DNA from: Callorhinchus milii
Taxonomy: Eukaryota
Length of the DNA stretch: 64,000 nucleotides
Direction: 5' to 3'
Assembly (NCBI RefSeq): GCF_018977255.1
Contig: NW_024704742.1
Span: 52,020,001-52,084,000, forward strand
Shown: positions 61,604 through 64,000 of the stretch, piece by piece
Numbering within the stretch: position 1 is the stretch's first letter
Layout of the letters: the number at the start of each line of letters is the position of its first letter
Translations under genes and position numbers: made by a program
The notes under the pieces: generated by a model
The model's database searches: none
What the model saw: only the letters and a program-made list of their open reading frames with translations
Told to the model about the DNA's origin: nothing

Positions 61604-62524
61604 GTGAGTGAAGTCACTAATTGAAATCAATTTCTGTGGTGTACATCCCAAATCAAATCTCTGTGGCTGTGGTTTTCATACTCTCCTTGGTTTCTGAAGC
61701 CATAGAGATTGGTGTTGGCAGGTTTCATTTGATTTGCAGAGAGGAGTAATTGGGGGGAGTGAGAGAAAGGAAAGTATTGCAAGTGTAAAAGAGAGGGAGC
61801 AGATCATCTTGATGCAAAGTGTGAATCCAGAATTCCCTTCACAAATCCAACCAGAAAGTAAAATTTACTGTTTGATATTTCAAGTTTAGAAGATTATTCA
61901 GGAATGTTATCAGAGTAGCAAATAGTGATCATACATCTCCAAATTGAGCCTGGCTCCGTGAACTGGAGGAACCACATGATTTTCTCTGTTCTGAGACACT
62001 TTACAAAGATCTATTCTTATTTGACAGGAAGTATAGTTGATTTTAAATGGGATTTAATCTTCACAGATCCATTTTTCTGGAAAAAGTGGAGACAGTTTTA
62101 TGTATTGCTGACAGTCAGTGGAATTTGACCATATCTTGTTAATTTTAATTGGGCTTCACTACTTATGAATCTGGTTATTTTAAGTAAAGGTTTGCCTCTC
62201 TTCAGAATTTGATATACGGCATCACTTGTTTCCTTTAACTGTACAGCAGAGAAGACTTTCATTATCCCACCTCTCAGAAAGAAATAATATTTCTCTGTCA
62301 CCCACAAGTGTGTAAATCAAATAAAACTGTATTTATTACTCCAATGTCAAAATATAATAACTTACAGTAATTCATGTAATAGATCGCTCTTTGGTCATAT
62401 GTTGGCATATACTGTCTCTTTAATACTGTAATATTTTTTAAATGGCGATTGGATTGAAATCATGCCAATAATAGAACTGTTCCAAAACTCTTAACTCCTG
62501 AAACATGCAGAATCTGTACATACA

Positions 62525-62674
62525 TACATCTGAATATAAACCGAGGAGTATATGTAGTTTAGAAATTTGGAAAATGTTACCATTATAAATAAGTATTACT
62601 ATTATAATATTTATAACAATAACATTTTCCAAATTTCAGAACTATATATACTCCTCGGTTTATATTCAGATGTA
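62525..62674. repeat. Long inverted repeat: 67-bp arms, 16-nt loop; MITE-like
   Basis: Arms 62525-62591 and 62608-62674 are complementary at 61/67 positions; TA at both ends. Confidence 0.92.
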
Positions 62675-62904
62675 ATTGTTATAAATATTTGGTATATGTG
62701 ACTCTTTGTGCTAGCAGACTTTATTCCATTTACCTGGTTAGACAAAGTATTGAATGAACAGAACATCGATCACCCTCTTGTTTCACTTCTGTCTGACAGG
62801 GGTCTCTGACACTACTGTAATAGGTTTCTTCTTAATCAATTTTGAAATACTGAATCATAATTTTAGTGGATTTGTACATTGAATTCACCGATGTGCTGAC
62901 ATTA

Positions 62905-63160
62905 CAAAGAACATAAGCATTTACAGCATAGAAGTACATTCGGCTTATCAGCACAGGCTGGCTGTTTTAAAAGGAATCCTTTCAGTCCCATTTAGCTGTC
63001 CTTAACTTATATCTCTGTAGTTTACTCATTTTTGATATGTATCTAGATCCATTTTGAAAACCAATTCTAAATCCGGATAAGTCATTCCATATCTTAACAA
63101 CTGTGTGCGTGAAAACATTTCTCCTAATTTCCCCATTTGCTTGTTTGCTAACTATCTTAG
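62905..63160 (-). mobile_element. CR1 3' end abutting the young L2
   Basis: KIVSKQANGEIRRNVFTHTVVKIWNDL; aagaacataag tail. Confidence 0.75.
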
Positions 63161-63168
63161 TTCTTAGG

Positions 63169-63806
63169 AACTCTCTCCTCGTCGGCCTTCCCGCCACCTC
63201 CCTCCACAAGCTGCAGGTCATTCAGAACTCTGCAGCTCGTGTACTGTCCCGCACCAGGCTTCGGGACCACATCACTCCCACCCTCGCTCGCCTCCACTGG
63301 CTCCCCATCCCCAGAGGATTGATTTCAAGATCCTCATCCTCACCTACAAGGCCATTCACGGCCTTGGTCCCTCCTACCTCTCCGACCTACTATCCCCCTA
63401 CCTACCTGCCCGTACCCTCCGTTCCTCCGGCTCCGGTCTGCTCCACGTCCCCCGCCCCAACCGCCCTACCATTGGTGGTCGGGCCTTCAGCCTCTCAGCC
63501 CCGAGGCTCTGGAACTCTATCCCCCAGTGCCTTCGCCGCCTCCTCCCTCTCCTCCTTCAAGGCCGGTCTCAAAACCTTTCTCTTTGACTGAGCCTTCAGC
63601 TCCACTCTCGACTCTCTTCCCCCTTCTCGCTCCCTCCCATCCTTCCCCTCACCCTGACCATTTCCCCCCTCCTCGCTCCCTCCCTCCCCTCACCCTGACC
63701 ATTTCCCCCCTGCTCAGGTCATGACCCAACTGTGCAGCGCCTTGGGATGTCCTCCTCACGTGAAAGGCGCTTTATAAATGGAATCTTGTTGTTGTTGATG
63801 TTGTTG
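63169..63806 (+). mobile_element. Young L2 LINE 3' fragment
   Basis: NSLLVGLPATSLHKLQVIQNSAARVL...HITPTLARLHWLP, then a C-rich 3' UTR, terminal stem-loop and (TTG)n tail. Confidence 0.93.
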
Positions 63807-64000
63807 TATCTTAAATTACCCATATTATTGGAGCAATATCAGTAAATGTAAGTTAACAAGGACAGGTTCACTATAAATTGCTGTGATAAATTCCTGTAAT
63901 TCTTATTATAGAATATCACACTTCAACCCTGAGTGTACAATGTGCTGAAAAATGTTTGCTTCAGCTCATTTTTTTCCCCAAATTGTTCCCTGAACTCATT

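Overview
AT-rich, repeat-dense vertebrate genomic DNA, not prokaryotic. The repeat mix (L2 and CR1 LINE 3' ends, Deu-domain SINEs, a tRNA-Ala(CGC)-headed SINE) suggests a cartilaginous fish such as a chimaera or shark; this is an inference. I cannot support any host protein-coding exon: the recognisable ORFs are decayed L2/CR1 ORF2 fragments, the longest being an L2 RT at about 55.8-57.2 kb. The main landmark is a CpG island at about 45.2-46.3 kb with promoter motifs and a perfect minus-strand donor (CAG|GTAAGT at 45424). This points to a non-coding first exon of an unidentified minus-strand gene whose long 5' intron(s) fill the left 45 kb. The points most worth checking are: a ~30-bp degenerate tandem array carrying repeated TGAGTCA (AP-1) sites; two long palindromes, one with strongly G-U-biased mismatches; an unclassified ~500-bp repeat family with a conserved stem-loop, one copy nested in a SINE; a modular chimeric SINE sharing its 3' stem-loop with the resident L2; two local direct duplications; candidate microexons; and several template-switch scars. 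Repeat boundaries were read by eye and are approximate; family names are from memory, not database searches. Nothing here demonstrates a wholly new biological system.
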